From IMG/VR virus record IMGVR_UViG_3300005549_000008: a DNA stretch of 62,820 nt, one strand, 5' to 3'. Below, piece after piece: positions 55,707 through 62,820 of the stretch. Origin of the DNA: an uncultured virus (IMG/VR IMGVR_UViG_3300005549_000008). Its lineage: Duplodnaviria > Heunggongvirae > Uroviricota > Caudoviricetes. Every line of letters starts with the position of its first letter. Positions within the stretch are counted from its first letter, which is position 1. The notes beneath the pieces were generated by a model, which made no database searches, was not told the origin of the DNA, and saw only the letters and a list, made by a program, of their open reading frames with translations. The position numbers and the translations under genes were made by a program.

Positions 55707-56051
55707 ATGAAGAGCCACGTTGTGCTCAATCCGGATGAGATGATCCGCAAAAATATCACCAGCCAGGTAGTGGTGACATTGCGAGATCGCCCAGTGCTCT
55801 ATCAGGTTGACTTTGCGTTGTCACCGCGCATGTGGTCGAATCTGGAGGAGGAGATGCTTACCTGGAAGCATCCACGGTTCCGCATAGGTACGCTGAGCGA
55901 GTCAGTGATGCAAGAAGGGGTCGAGCGGATCGTGCAGATCGCCTGGCATATGAATTGGGTAGTGGCCGGCGTGGAAGTGCGGGTATTCGTGGACGCTCGT
56001 GATAGGTCTCATCCTCCAATCTTGCGCATACTCAGGGAGCTGGTGAGGTAG
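55707..56051 (+). CDS. Hypothetical protein
   Basis: Operon-packed ORF. Confidence 0.55.
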   Translation: MKSHVVLNPDEMIRKNITSQVVVTLRDRPVLYQVDFALSPRMWSNLEEEMLTWKHPRFRIGTLSESVMQEGVERIVQIAWHMNWVVAGVEVRVFVDARDRSHPPILRILRELVR

Positions 56052-56407
56052 TGACCGCGCGCGAGCTCGCTAAATTGATCGAGAGTTACCGGTTCGACTG
56101 CAGTACCGAAGCGCGCCTGCAGGAAGGGCTGGGGAACTTGTTCGGTGAAAAACAGCTGAGTAATCGGCGCGAGGTGCCGTTGAATCAAACAGACCGAATC
56201 GACTTTCTGCTCGCAAATCGTATCGGAGTGGAAGTGAAGATCCAGGGAAGCCGATCGGATCTGGTGCGCCAGTTGCAGCGCTACGCCAAGTCCCCGATGT
56301 TGAACGAGCTCGTGCTGGTCACGAGCCGGGTGCAACTCGCGCGCCTGCCCGATGTCATCGGCGGCAAGCGGGTATGCGCAGCTGTCTTGATGCAAGGAAT
56401 CCTCTGA
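56051..56407 (+). CDS. PD-(D/E)xK nuclease-like protein
   Basis: EARLQ..REV..RIDFL..IGVEVK..QLQRY. Confidence 0.75.
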   Translation: MTARELAKLIESYRFDCSTEARLQEGLGNLFGEKQLSNRREVPLNQTDRIDFLLANRIGVEVKIQGSRSDLVRQLQRYAKSPMLNELVLVTSRVQLARLPDVIGGKRVCAAVLMQGIL

Positions 56408-56605
56408 ATGGCACCAAAGTCGGTTACTTGCATGGTGTGTGGTCGGGCGCCGATGCCGCGCGAGGGACTATGCCGAACCTGTTGCCGATCCTATGATCGG
56501 CTGATTCAGCGTGATGTGTCGACCTGGGGTTTGATTCGGTGGGCAGCGGCCCGCGCCCGGCGATACATGAAAATACGCCTGGACCCGATGCGGAGGTGGT
56601 CATGA
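56408..56605 (+). CDS. Small Zn-finger protein
   Basis: CMVC..CRTC; ATGA overlap. Confidence 0.5.
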   Translation: MAPKSVTCMVCGRAPMPREGLCRTCCRSYDRLIQRDVSTWGLIRWAAARARRYMKIRLDPMRRWS

Positions 56606-58335
56606 AGACCTACGGCACCGTGCGCTACAACAAGAAGGAGAAGCTGTGGCTGGTCGCTGCCGAGCCACACGTACTGATCAAGCTCTGTCGGTTGTTCCCG
56701 CGTACGCACCATGCTGGCAATGTCGACCAGGATGAGATCTTCGGCACCTACGAGCTCGGTGATACTTTGGAAATCTGTCGGGATCTGGAGTGGTTTCTGC
56801 TCCGCTACCCCATGCTGTTTCAGCCCCCGGCACTGAAGAAACAGCTACGGATTCGCGCCGCGGCGCAGGTCGAGCAGCAGGCCACCATCGCCGAACTCCT
56901 GGCGGGCATTCGTTTACCGGAAGGCGTCGAGCTCGCTGTACCGCTGCGTGAGTACCAGCGCCTCGCGGTGGGCCTGTGGTTCGAGATGAAGGGGCTACTC
57001 CTGGCTGATCAGATGGGGCTCGGCAAGACGGCAGCCGCTATCGGAGGCCTCGCCGACACCCGCACGTTGCCGGCACTGGTCGTGACGCTGGCGCACCTAC
57101 CCGAGCAGTGGGAGGCCGAGATCGGTCGATTCGCTCCGGCTCTGACCACCCATATTCTCAAGACGGGCAAGCCCTACGAGCTGCGCCAGGCGCGGCGCGA
57201 CAGGGAGCCGACATTTCCTGACGTGATCATTTCCAACTACCACAAGCTCGCGGGCTGGGCGCCCTACCTCATGCCGCTAGTCAAGTCGGTGGTGTTCGAT
57301 GAAATCCAGGAGCTCCGCCGCGGCACTCAAAGCGCGAAAGGCGAAGCAGCGTACGCCATCGCGCACCACGCGGAGTATAGGCTGGGGCTTTCCGGAACCC
57401 CTATCTACAATTACGGCGGCGAGATGTACAACGTGGTGCAGGCGCTGCGTCCCGACGCGCTGGGCTCGCACGAGGAGTACCTGAAGGAGTGGTGCCAGTC
57501 GGTGGACTACCGAGGCAACTCCCGGATCAAAAACCCCGCTGCGTTCGGCACATACCTACGCGATCAGGGCATCATGCTGCGCCGCACCCGCGCGGACGTG
57601 GGGCGCGAGCTGCCGCCGCTCACTCGTAACGTTCAACACATCGACTCCGATCTCGATCATCTGAGTAAGGTCGAGACTACGGCTACCGAGCTCGCGCGCA
57701 TCATCCTGTCCGATAACCCTCTGGGTCGAGGTGACAAGTTCCGCGCCGCCGAGGAACTTTCCATTCTGCTGCGTCAGGCCACCGGGATCGCCAAGGCGCC
57801 TTACGTGGCGGAGTTCGTGAAGTTGATTGCCGAGACCGAGCCCAAAATCGTCCTGTACGGGTGGCATCGCGAGGTCTACGAGCTCTGGCTGGAGCAGTTG
57901 AAGGAGCTCGCGCCGGTGATGTTCACTGGCAGCGAGAGTCCCAAGCAGAAGCGCGCGAGTAAGCAGGCGTTCTGTGAGGGCGACGCCAAGGTGATGATCA
58001 TCTCACTCCGTGCCGGCGCCGGGCTCGATGGGCTGCAAGAGCGCTGCCAGACAGTGATCTTTGGGGAGCTCGACTGGAGTCCCGGTGTGCACGAGCAGTG
58101 TGAGTGTCGCATATTTCGCGACGGGCAGAAGCAGCCGGTGTTCGCGTACTATCTGGTGACCGACAGTGGTAGCGATCCGGTGGTGGCGGACGTGCTCGGG
58201 TTGAAGAAAGTGCAGTCTGAAGGTGTGATGAATCCGCAACAGGAACTGCTCGAGAAACTCGAAACCGATCCGCAGCACATCAAGCGGCTAGCGGAGTCGT
58301 ACCTAAGTAAGGTGCGGGAAAGGTCGGTAGCATGA
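56602..58335 (+). CDS. SNF2-family helicase
   Basis: LLADQMGLGKT, VFDEIQ, LSGTPIYN, GAGLDGLQ, WSPGVHEQCECRIFRDGQ. Confidence 0.93.
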   Translation: MKTYGTVRYNKKEKLWLVAAEPHVLIKLCRLFPRTHHAGNVDQDEIFGTYELGDTLEICRDLEWFLLRYPMLFQPPALKKQLRIRAAAQVEQQATIAELLAGIRLPEGVELAVPLREYQRLAVGLWFEMKGLLLADQMGLGKTAAAIGGLADTRTLPALVVTLAHLPEQWEAEIGRFAPALTTHILKTGKPYELRQARRDREPTFPDVIISNYHKLAGWAPYLMPLVKSVVFDEIQELRRGTQSAKGEAAYAIAHHAEYRLGLSGTPIYNYGGEMYNVVQALRPDALGSHEEYLKEWCQSVDYRGNSRIKNPAAFGTYLRDQGIMLRRTRADVGRELPPLTRNVQHIDSDLDHLSKVETTATELARIILSDNPLGRGDKFRAAEELSILLRQATGIAKAPYVAEFVKLIAETEPKIVLYGWHREVYELWLEQLKELAPVMFTGSESPKQKRASKQAFCEGDAKVMIISLRAGAGLDGLQERCQTVIFGELDWSPGVHEQCECRIFRDGQKQPVFAYYLVTDSGSDPVVADVLGLKKVQSEGVMNPQQELLEKLETDPQHIKRLAESYLSKVRERSVA

Positions 58336-58733
58336 ACGGGTTCAAGATAGAAGATCTCACCGAGCCTCGTATGCCGACCAAGTTGGTGGAGCTCTTCAAG
58401 GAGAGCACGGATGTAATCCGGGAGCTCATCGAGCGCGCGGTCGCACGCGGTGATGTGCCGGAGCAATTTGCAGTTATCATTCTGGAGCATCAGGACGAGA
58501 TCGAGGGTCGAACGGTGCAGCTGAGCGAACTGCGTGAGATTCATCGCAATGCGCCGCCCGTGAATAACCCAGCAGACGAAGTTTGGGCGACCTCGACCAA
58601 GCTACTCATCGAGCAGCCACCAATACCCGGCATGTCGCTGGTGCTCTGCGTGGGTATGAATTCCGAATGGGGTATCGGTTATTTTCTTGCCGGACCCAGA
58701 GTGTCCACCAACAGCCCCGGCGGCTCCGCGTGA
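58332..58733 (+). CDS. Hypothetical protein
   Basis: ATGA overlap. Confidence 0.6.
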   Translation: MNGFKIEDLTEPRMPTKLVELFKESTDVIRELIERAVARGDVPEQFAVIILEHQDEIEGRTVQLSELREIHRNAPPVNNPADEVWATSTKLLIEQPPIPGMSLVLCVGMNSEWGIGYFLAGPRVSTNSPGGSA

Positions 58734-58974
58734 AATTCGATCTGGTCAAGGGTGACGCGCGGACGCTCGCGCAAGCCATGGCCGGCGCCACGCTGTGGGG
58801 CGCTCAGGATAGACGTCAAAAGAAACGAACCCTTCCTAACAAAGAAGCGATCGCGGAAGCGCTCTGTAGCGAATGGTTGGTGGGGGCACGAGCGACATCT
58901 GCACCTGGCGCACCGCGCTGGGTACTGGCACGAGAATCACCGAATGAAGAAAGAGCGGGAGCAAAGAAGGAACC

Positions 58975-59241
58975 ATGGCTAGACCCAAACGACAACCCGA
59001 CGCAGAACAGAACCCCGACCCGTACGGCATCGGCGCCAAGCGCCCTTCGGAGCTCGCGCACGGCACGCGCGTGCTCTATTACCCGGTGCTACCCAGAGAG
59101 AAGTTTACCGAGCCGAGCCTGCAGCCGCGCGAGACGAAGACTCGTTCGGTACCATGGCAGCTCGGTCACGGGGAATGGGTGGTCTTGATCGAGGGGAAGA
59201 CCGGCGGTGTGAGTACGCAGCACCTGGAGCCATTACCGTGA
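58975..59241 (+). CDS. Hypothetical protein
   Basis: AAGGA RBS; GTGA overlap with dcd. Confidence 0.6.
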   Translation: MARPKRQPDAEQNPDPYGIGAKRPSELAHGTRVLYYPVLPREKFTEPSLQPRETKTRSVPWQLGHGEWVVLIEGKTGGVSTQHLEPLP

Positions 59242-59804
59242 GCGGTGGCATCCTGTCCGGTCCGGAGATCCTCTGGGAGGTCAACCATGGCGACATCCAA
59301 ATCGATCCGTTCGAGCCGGGCAACCTGAACCCTGCTTCGATCGATCTGCGGCTCGGCTCGACCGCTCTGGCAATCAGCAATGCCGAATTCTTGATGGATG
59401 TGAAGATTGCTCAACCGGACGACGATTACCTGAGAATCGAGATCGGACCTACGGGCATCATCCTCTCACCGGACTACTTCTACCTGATGCACACCCTGGA
59501 GCATATCGGCACTCTAAAGTACGTGCCGGTGCTGGACGGAAAGAGTTCGATCGGACGTCTGGGTGTGTCGGTGCACGAAACCGCCGGCTACGGCGACCCC
59601 GGATTCAGGGGCCAGTATACGCTCGAGGTGCGGTGCTTTCGTCCGACCAAGCTCTACGCGGGGATGAGGATCTGCCAGATGCGCTTCCATACCCTGGTCG
59701 GCACGCCCCGGGACTACGCACAGATAGGCAACTACCGAGGAGTGTTTGCCGAAGGTCCGGTCATTTCTCAGGTGCACATGCAGTTCGAGGAGAAGAAGAA
59801 GTGA
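59238..59804 (+). CDS. dcd: dCTP deaminase
   Basis: NPASIDLRLG, GKSSIGRLG, AGYGDPGFRGQYTLE, GMRICQM. Confidence 0.93.
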   Translation: MSGGILSGPEILWEVNHGDIQIDPFEPGNLNPASIDLRLGSTALAISNAEFLMDVKIAQPDDDYLRIEIGPTGIILSPDYFYLMHTLEHIGTLKYVPVLDGKSSIGRLGVSVHETAGYGDPGFRGQYTLEVRCFRPTKLYAGMRICQMRFHTLVGTPRDYAQIGNYRGVFAEGPVISQVHMQFEEKKK

Positions 59805-60094
59805 AATTCGGTGAAGCGATCGAGGCCTTGAAGGAAGGTAAGTGCGTGGCCCGCAAGGGCTGGAACGGCAAGGGAATGCACCTCTACCTGGAGGATGGGC
59901 TCGTGGCGTCCGTCTACAGCGGCGTTTTAGCTGGCCACTTGCGCACGTACGAGCCGTGCATCGTGATGTTCACGGCCCAGAAGAAGCACCAGCCGGGCTG
60001 GCTCGCTTCGCAGGCCGACATGCTGGCAACGGATTGGGTGATCGTGGGGCCCAGGTCGAGCAGGCGGCGTTCGCGCAAGGGAGCCAAACGATGA
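59801..60094 (+). CDS. DUF2829-family protein
   Basis: FGEAIEALKEGKCVARKGWNGKGM...GWLASQADMLATDW. Confidence 0.9.
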   Translation: MKFGEAIEALKEGKCVARKGWNGKGMHLYLEDGLVASVYSGVLAGHLRTYEPCIVMFTAQKKHQPGWLASQADMLATDWVIVGPRSSRRRSRKGAKR

Positions 60095-60579
60095 AACGGA
60101 CTGTCTGGTACATCTTCAAGCCCGGCGACGAGCGGAGTTACGCGACATCAACGCTGCCCACCGAGCTCTGGGGGATAGCCTTGCGCAAGGAGGGTTTCAA
60201 GATCATCGAAGTCACGTTTGAGGTTCCGTCGCATCTCATGGTCAGACCGGATGCCACCGTGACGGGCACCAGTGTTGCGACGAGCGGAGTGCAGCTACAT
60301 TGCGATGTCTGTGGAGAACCAATTAGTGATGCTCACGAGGCGAAGCTGTTTTGGGGCGCCGGTTTGGACCAAGTTATTATCGATTGGAAAATCGCACACA
60401 AGCTAACCTGTGACACGCGCCGTTGGGATTTACGGTGGGATTACTCCCGCGAGCTAGATATGATTTTGCTAGCCCAAGCGCACCTGGAGTCGGTGTTCAA
60501 GAGTTACATTTGGCATCCTAAAGAAGCCGATGATCTGCTTGGCAGGATTAGAGCGGACCCGCGGTGCGCATGGACATGA
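60091..60579 (+). CDS. Hypothetical protein
   Basis: GGAG RBS; ATGA overlap; CDVCG. Confidence 0.6.
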   Translation: MKRTVWYIFKPGDERSYATSTLPTELWGIALRKEGFKIIEVTFEVPSHLMVRPDATVTGTSVATSGVQLHCDVCGEPISDAHEAKLFWGAGLDQVIIDWKIAHKLTCDTRRWDLRWDYSRELDMILLAQAHLESVFKSYIWHPKEADDLLGRIRADPRCAWT

Positions 60580-60773
60580 AACCCTGGCGGAAAATCATCC
60601 GGCGCACAGAAGCTAAGACTGAGCATTCAAGTGTGCGTGGGCGCACCTGGACCTGGTGGGTGCGGTTCAAGACCACGTTGTCATTGGAATGCGGACACCA
60701 GAAGGTCGTCAGTGGGCAACGGATGGACGCACCCAAGTATCGCGTCCGGTGCGCGGAGTGTCCGCAGACATGA
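60576..60773 (+). CDS. Small Zn-ribbon protein
   Basis: LECGH...RCAEC. Confidence 0.55.
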   Translation: MKPWRKIIRRTEAKTEHSSVRGRTWTWWVRFKTTLSLECGHQKVVSGQRMDAPKYRVRCAECPQT

Positions 60774-61147
60774 CCCCGTGGCCCCAGAACCAGCCATTCC
60801 GTAGCTTTGCAGCACTGGTTGCGGATGGCGTGCAGTTCGCGCTGGCACAGGGTTGGACCATCTGGATCCATCGCGGCTTAACCAAAAGCCAGCGCCGATG
60901 TTGCCCCATAGGTGCGGCGCTGCTGCTTCGCGGATATGGCCAATCGGCTGCATTTGGAGTGGGATTTCCCACTCGCGCGTCGGCCGCGGACGCACTGGGT
61001 GTACTGCACTCTCGGGTGCAGGATTTCACTATAGGATTCGATGGTCTGCTCAGCGATGATCGCATAGTAAGTCGACCGTACTTCTTGCTAGGACAGGCCT
61101 ATCGAGAGCGTTTCATTAAGCGGCGCGGTTTTGACACGCCGCGCTGA
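60770..61147 (+). CDS. Hypothetical protein
   Basis: CCPIGA..FTIGFDG; ATGA overlap. Confidence 0.55.
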   Translation: MTPWPQNQPFRSFAALVADGVQFALAQGWTIWIHRGLTKSQRRCCPIGAALLLRGYGQSAAFGVGFPTRASAADALGVLHSRVQDFTIGFDGLLSDDRIVSRPYFLLGQAYRERFIKRRGFDTPR

Positions 61148-61159
61148 GCGGGATAGAAA
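61131..61159 (+). promoter_or_regulatory. Sigma70-like promoter (leaderless)
   Basis: TTGACA-N17-TAGAAA, 7 nt before ATG 61167. Confidence 0.5.
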
Positions 61160-61166
61160 GGCGCGC

Positions 61167-61817
61167 ATGACTCGACTTTGGATCGTTGTGTTGATGGCGG
61201 TGTGCTTGTTGGGCTTCACACCGAAACCCCGCTCTCAGGAATCTCCGGTGCTCCGGGTGATGCTGCGTTTCACTCCGCACAAAACCGATACAGAAACTCC
61301 GGAGGCCCGCGCCATGCGGCTCGCGGTACTCGCTCGGGCAATCGAGAAGTCCGCAGACCGAGCGACCTGTGTGGGTCAGTCAACGAAGTGCAAAGCAATC
61401 TATGTCGACCCTCGCTCGATGCGCGCGCTGCTCATCACCATCGGTAAGCACGAATCAGGAAACTTCGCCCAGTACGTGCATGAAGATCGGTGCTTAGAAG
61501 GACCGGACAAATGTGACGTCGACAAGGACGGCAACCCTCGGGCGAAGTCCGTGTTCCAGATGTGGGCCGTGGCGATTCAACCGCAGGACGATTGGAATCG
61601 AATCGGTGGTCTCAGTCCGGAAGCGAACGAGCTCGCCGCATGGAATGCAGCCAAGCGCTTGTCGGGTGCCCGTGTGCGCTGCGCGTCCACCTATCCTGAC
61701 GATCCGATCAAGGCGGCCATCGCGGGCTTTGCTGGCGGCTGTCTGGCGCTCTCCCCCAAGAAGCTCGCAGCGCGCACATACACGTACTACCAGGTCCTGA
61801 AGCAGCTCGGCGCTTGA
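61167..61817 (+). CDS. Secreted lysozyme-like / lytic transglycosylase candidate
   Basis: Signal peptide; LITIGKHESGNF (Glu-Ser) and SVFQM motifs. Confidence 0.55.
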   Translation: MTRLWIVVLMAVCLLGFTPKPRSQESPVLRVMLRFTPHKTDTETPEARAMRLAVLARAIEKSADRATCVGQSTKCKAIYVDPRSMRALLITIGKHESGNFAQYVHEDRCLEGPDKCDVDKDGNPRAKSVFQMWAVAIQPQDDWNRIGGLSPEANELAAWNAAKRLSGARVRCASTYPDDPIKAAIAGFAGGCLALSPKKLAARTYTYYQVLKQLGA

Positions 61818-61883
61818 CGTGACCCAGGACACACCGCCGGACTGTATCGCGGATCCCCCCAAGGGCTACGTCGACAAGCGCGT

Positions 61884-62408
61884 ATGGCCGCCTTGCGGAT
61901 GTACAAAGTGCCGTGCGGGTCTATCTGTGAAGGACCTGATCGATCCTCGGTCAGCCGAACTTGCCCAAAAACTTTCGGAGGCGACCAAAGCTCGGTAGGA
62001 TGCTCTTCGAGCTCAATGGCGTCGTTTCCTGGATACCCTGACCCTTTTGGCGCGGATCCCGCTCCGGTACCTCCGGAACCCCCTCCGGAGCCTGCTTCAC
62101 CGGCCGTGCCGGCGCCGGTAGCGCCTCCGGTAACGCCGCCGCCGAGCGCACGCCGCGGCGCCGGGCTCAGCATCGTGATCACGGGCGCCGCCACAATTGC
62201 AGGTGCCCTGGTGGGCGGTCTGTACGGTGCCGGCGCCGGCCTATTCGGGATGGGAGCGGCACGCAACCTGGCCCGCGCTCAGCGCCTGTGGACCTCTACC
62301 GATGCGGCCGAGCGCGGTGAGGCGGCCAAGAGCGCAACGCTCGGCGCGCTCGGTATTCTGATTGGCGGCTACCTGGGCTACCGAGCCTACCGAAAGGAAG
62401 CGAAGTAG
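61884..62408 (+). CDS. Pro-rich membrane protein (start uncertain)
   Basis: PFGAD, Pro linker, Gly-rich TM helices, basic tail. Confidence 0.55.
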   Translation: MAALRMYKVPCGSICEGPDRSSVSRTCPKTFGGDQSSVGCSSSSMASFPGYPDPFGADPAPVPPEPPPEPASPAVPAPVAPPVTPPPSARRGAGLSIVITGAATIAGALVGGLYGAGAGLFGMGAARNLARAQRLWTSTDAAERGEAAKSATLGALGILIGGYLGYRAYRKEAK

Positions 62409-62820
62409 ATGGGCCTCCCTCGAGGGTTTTATGAGGCTGCGCACCAGTTTGGGTGGTGGCTCAGTCCCGACGGGCGTGGATTTCTGACGGGGTCGCCGTT
62501 CCTAAATGACAACTGGAACAATCCCGAGTGGCCGGTCTTTCTGAGACTGAAGACGGTGCCGCGCGTCTGGGGACAGCTCCCTCCCATGAACGATCAGCTG
62601 CAGCGGCTTCCGCGCGACGTGTGGTACGGCGGTCCGATGCCGCGCAAGGACGTGCATTCGTGGGTCTACGTATTCCAGGAGTGGGCGCTCCCGAAGGGAC
62701 TCTGGACGCTGTGGGAGGTCGTGCCGATCGCACCTGAGTTCCGCGGCTACTCGTGGCCGACCCGTACCTTTCATTGGTACCAGGCGACCGAAACACAGTA
62801 CCCGGGTCGATATCAGTACG
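62409..62820 (+). CDS. Trp-rich hypothetical protein, runs off the window
   Basis: Manually translated open frame MGLPRGFYEAAHQFGWW... to the window end. Confidence 0.6.
   Translation, partial: MGLPRGFYEAAHQFGWWLSPDGRGFLTGSPFLNDNWNNPEWPVFLRLKTVPRVWGQLPPMNDQLQRLPRDVWYGGPMPRKDVHSWVYVFQEWALPKGLWTLWEVVPIAPEFRGYSWPTRTFHWYQATETQYPGRYQY

Noticed and set aside
58583..59188. ORF starting near 58730
   Set aside because: A GTGA overlap suggests a real start, but the frame runs 214 nt into the next gene and I cannot define it reliably
1..62820. tRNA, rRNA, integrase, terminase or packaging ATPase genes
   Set aside because: No recognisable motifs found; they may lie outside the window

Overview
GC-rich, gene-dense segment of a bacterial virus (or provirus). 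No terminase, portal or tail gene is recognisable. Instead a large minus-strand module (about 13-33 kb) encodes candidate jelly-roll capsid proteins, a protamine-like core protein, three paralogous spike-like proteins, about 15 tail-anchored membrane proteins and a transglutaminase-like Cys hydrolase, suggesting a tailless, lipid-containing virion. Many of these proteins share an adenovirus-like hydrophobic-X-G-L-G motif, and five copies of a conserved promoter motif precede these clusters. Also present: a modification cluster (FkbM methyltransferase, Dam, two GT4 glycosyltransferases), a replication module (initiator with iterons, DnaC-like loader, DnaB, beta clamp, RuvC-like protein), SNF2 helicase, dCTP deaminase, MazG-like protein and two J-domain proteins. 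The standout is a compact type V CRISPR locus at 49.7-54.1 kb: a Cas12f-like effector whose RuvC-I catalytic Asp is replaced by His, a structured tracrRNA enclosed in a 35-bp inverted repeat, and about 37 repeats conserved only in the tracrRNA-pairing part, with no cas1/cas2/cas4. This looks like a virus-encoded, nuclease-dead, multiplexed RNA-guided DNA-binding system. All calls come from motif reading by eye; no database searches were run.
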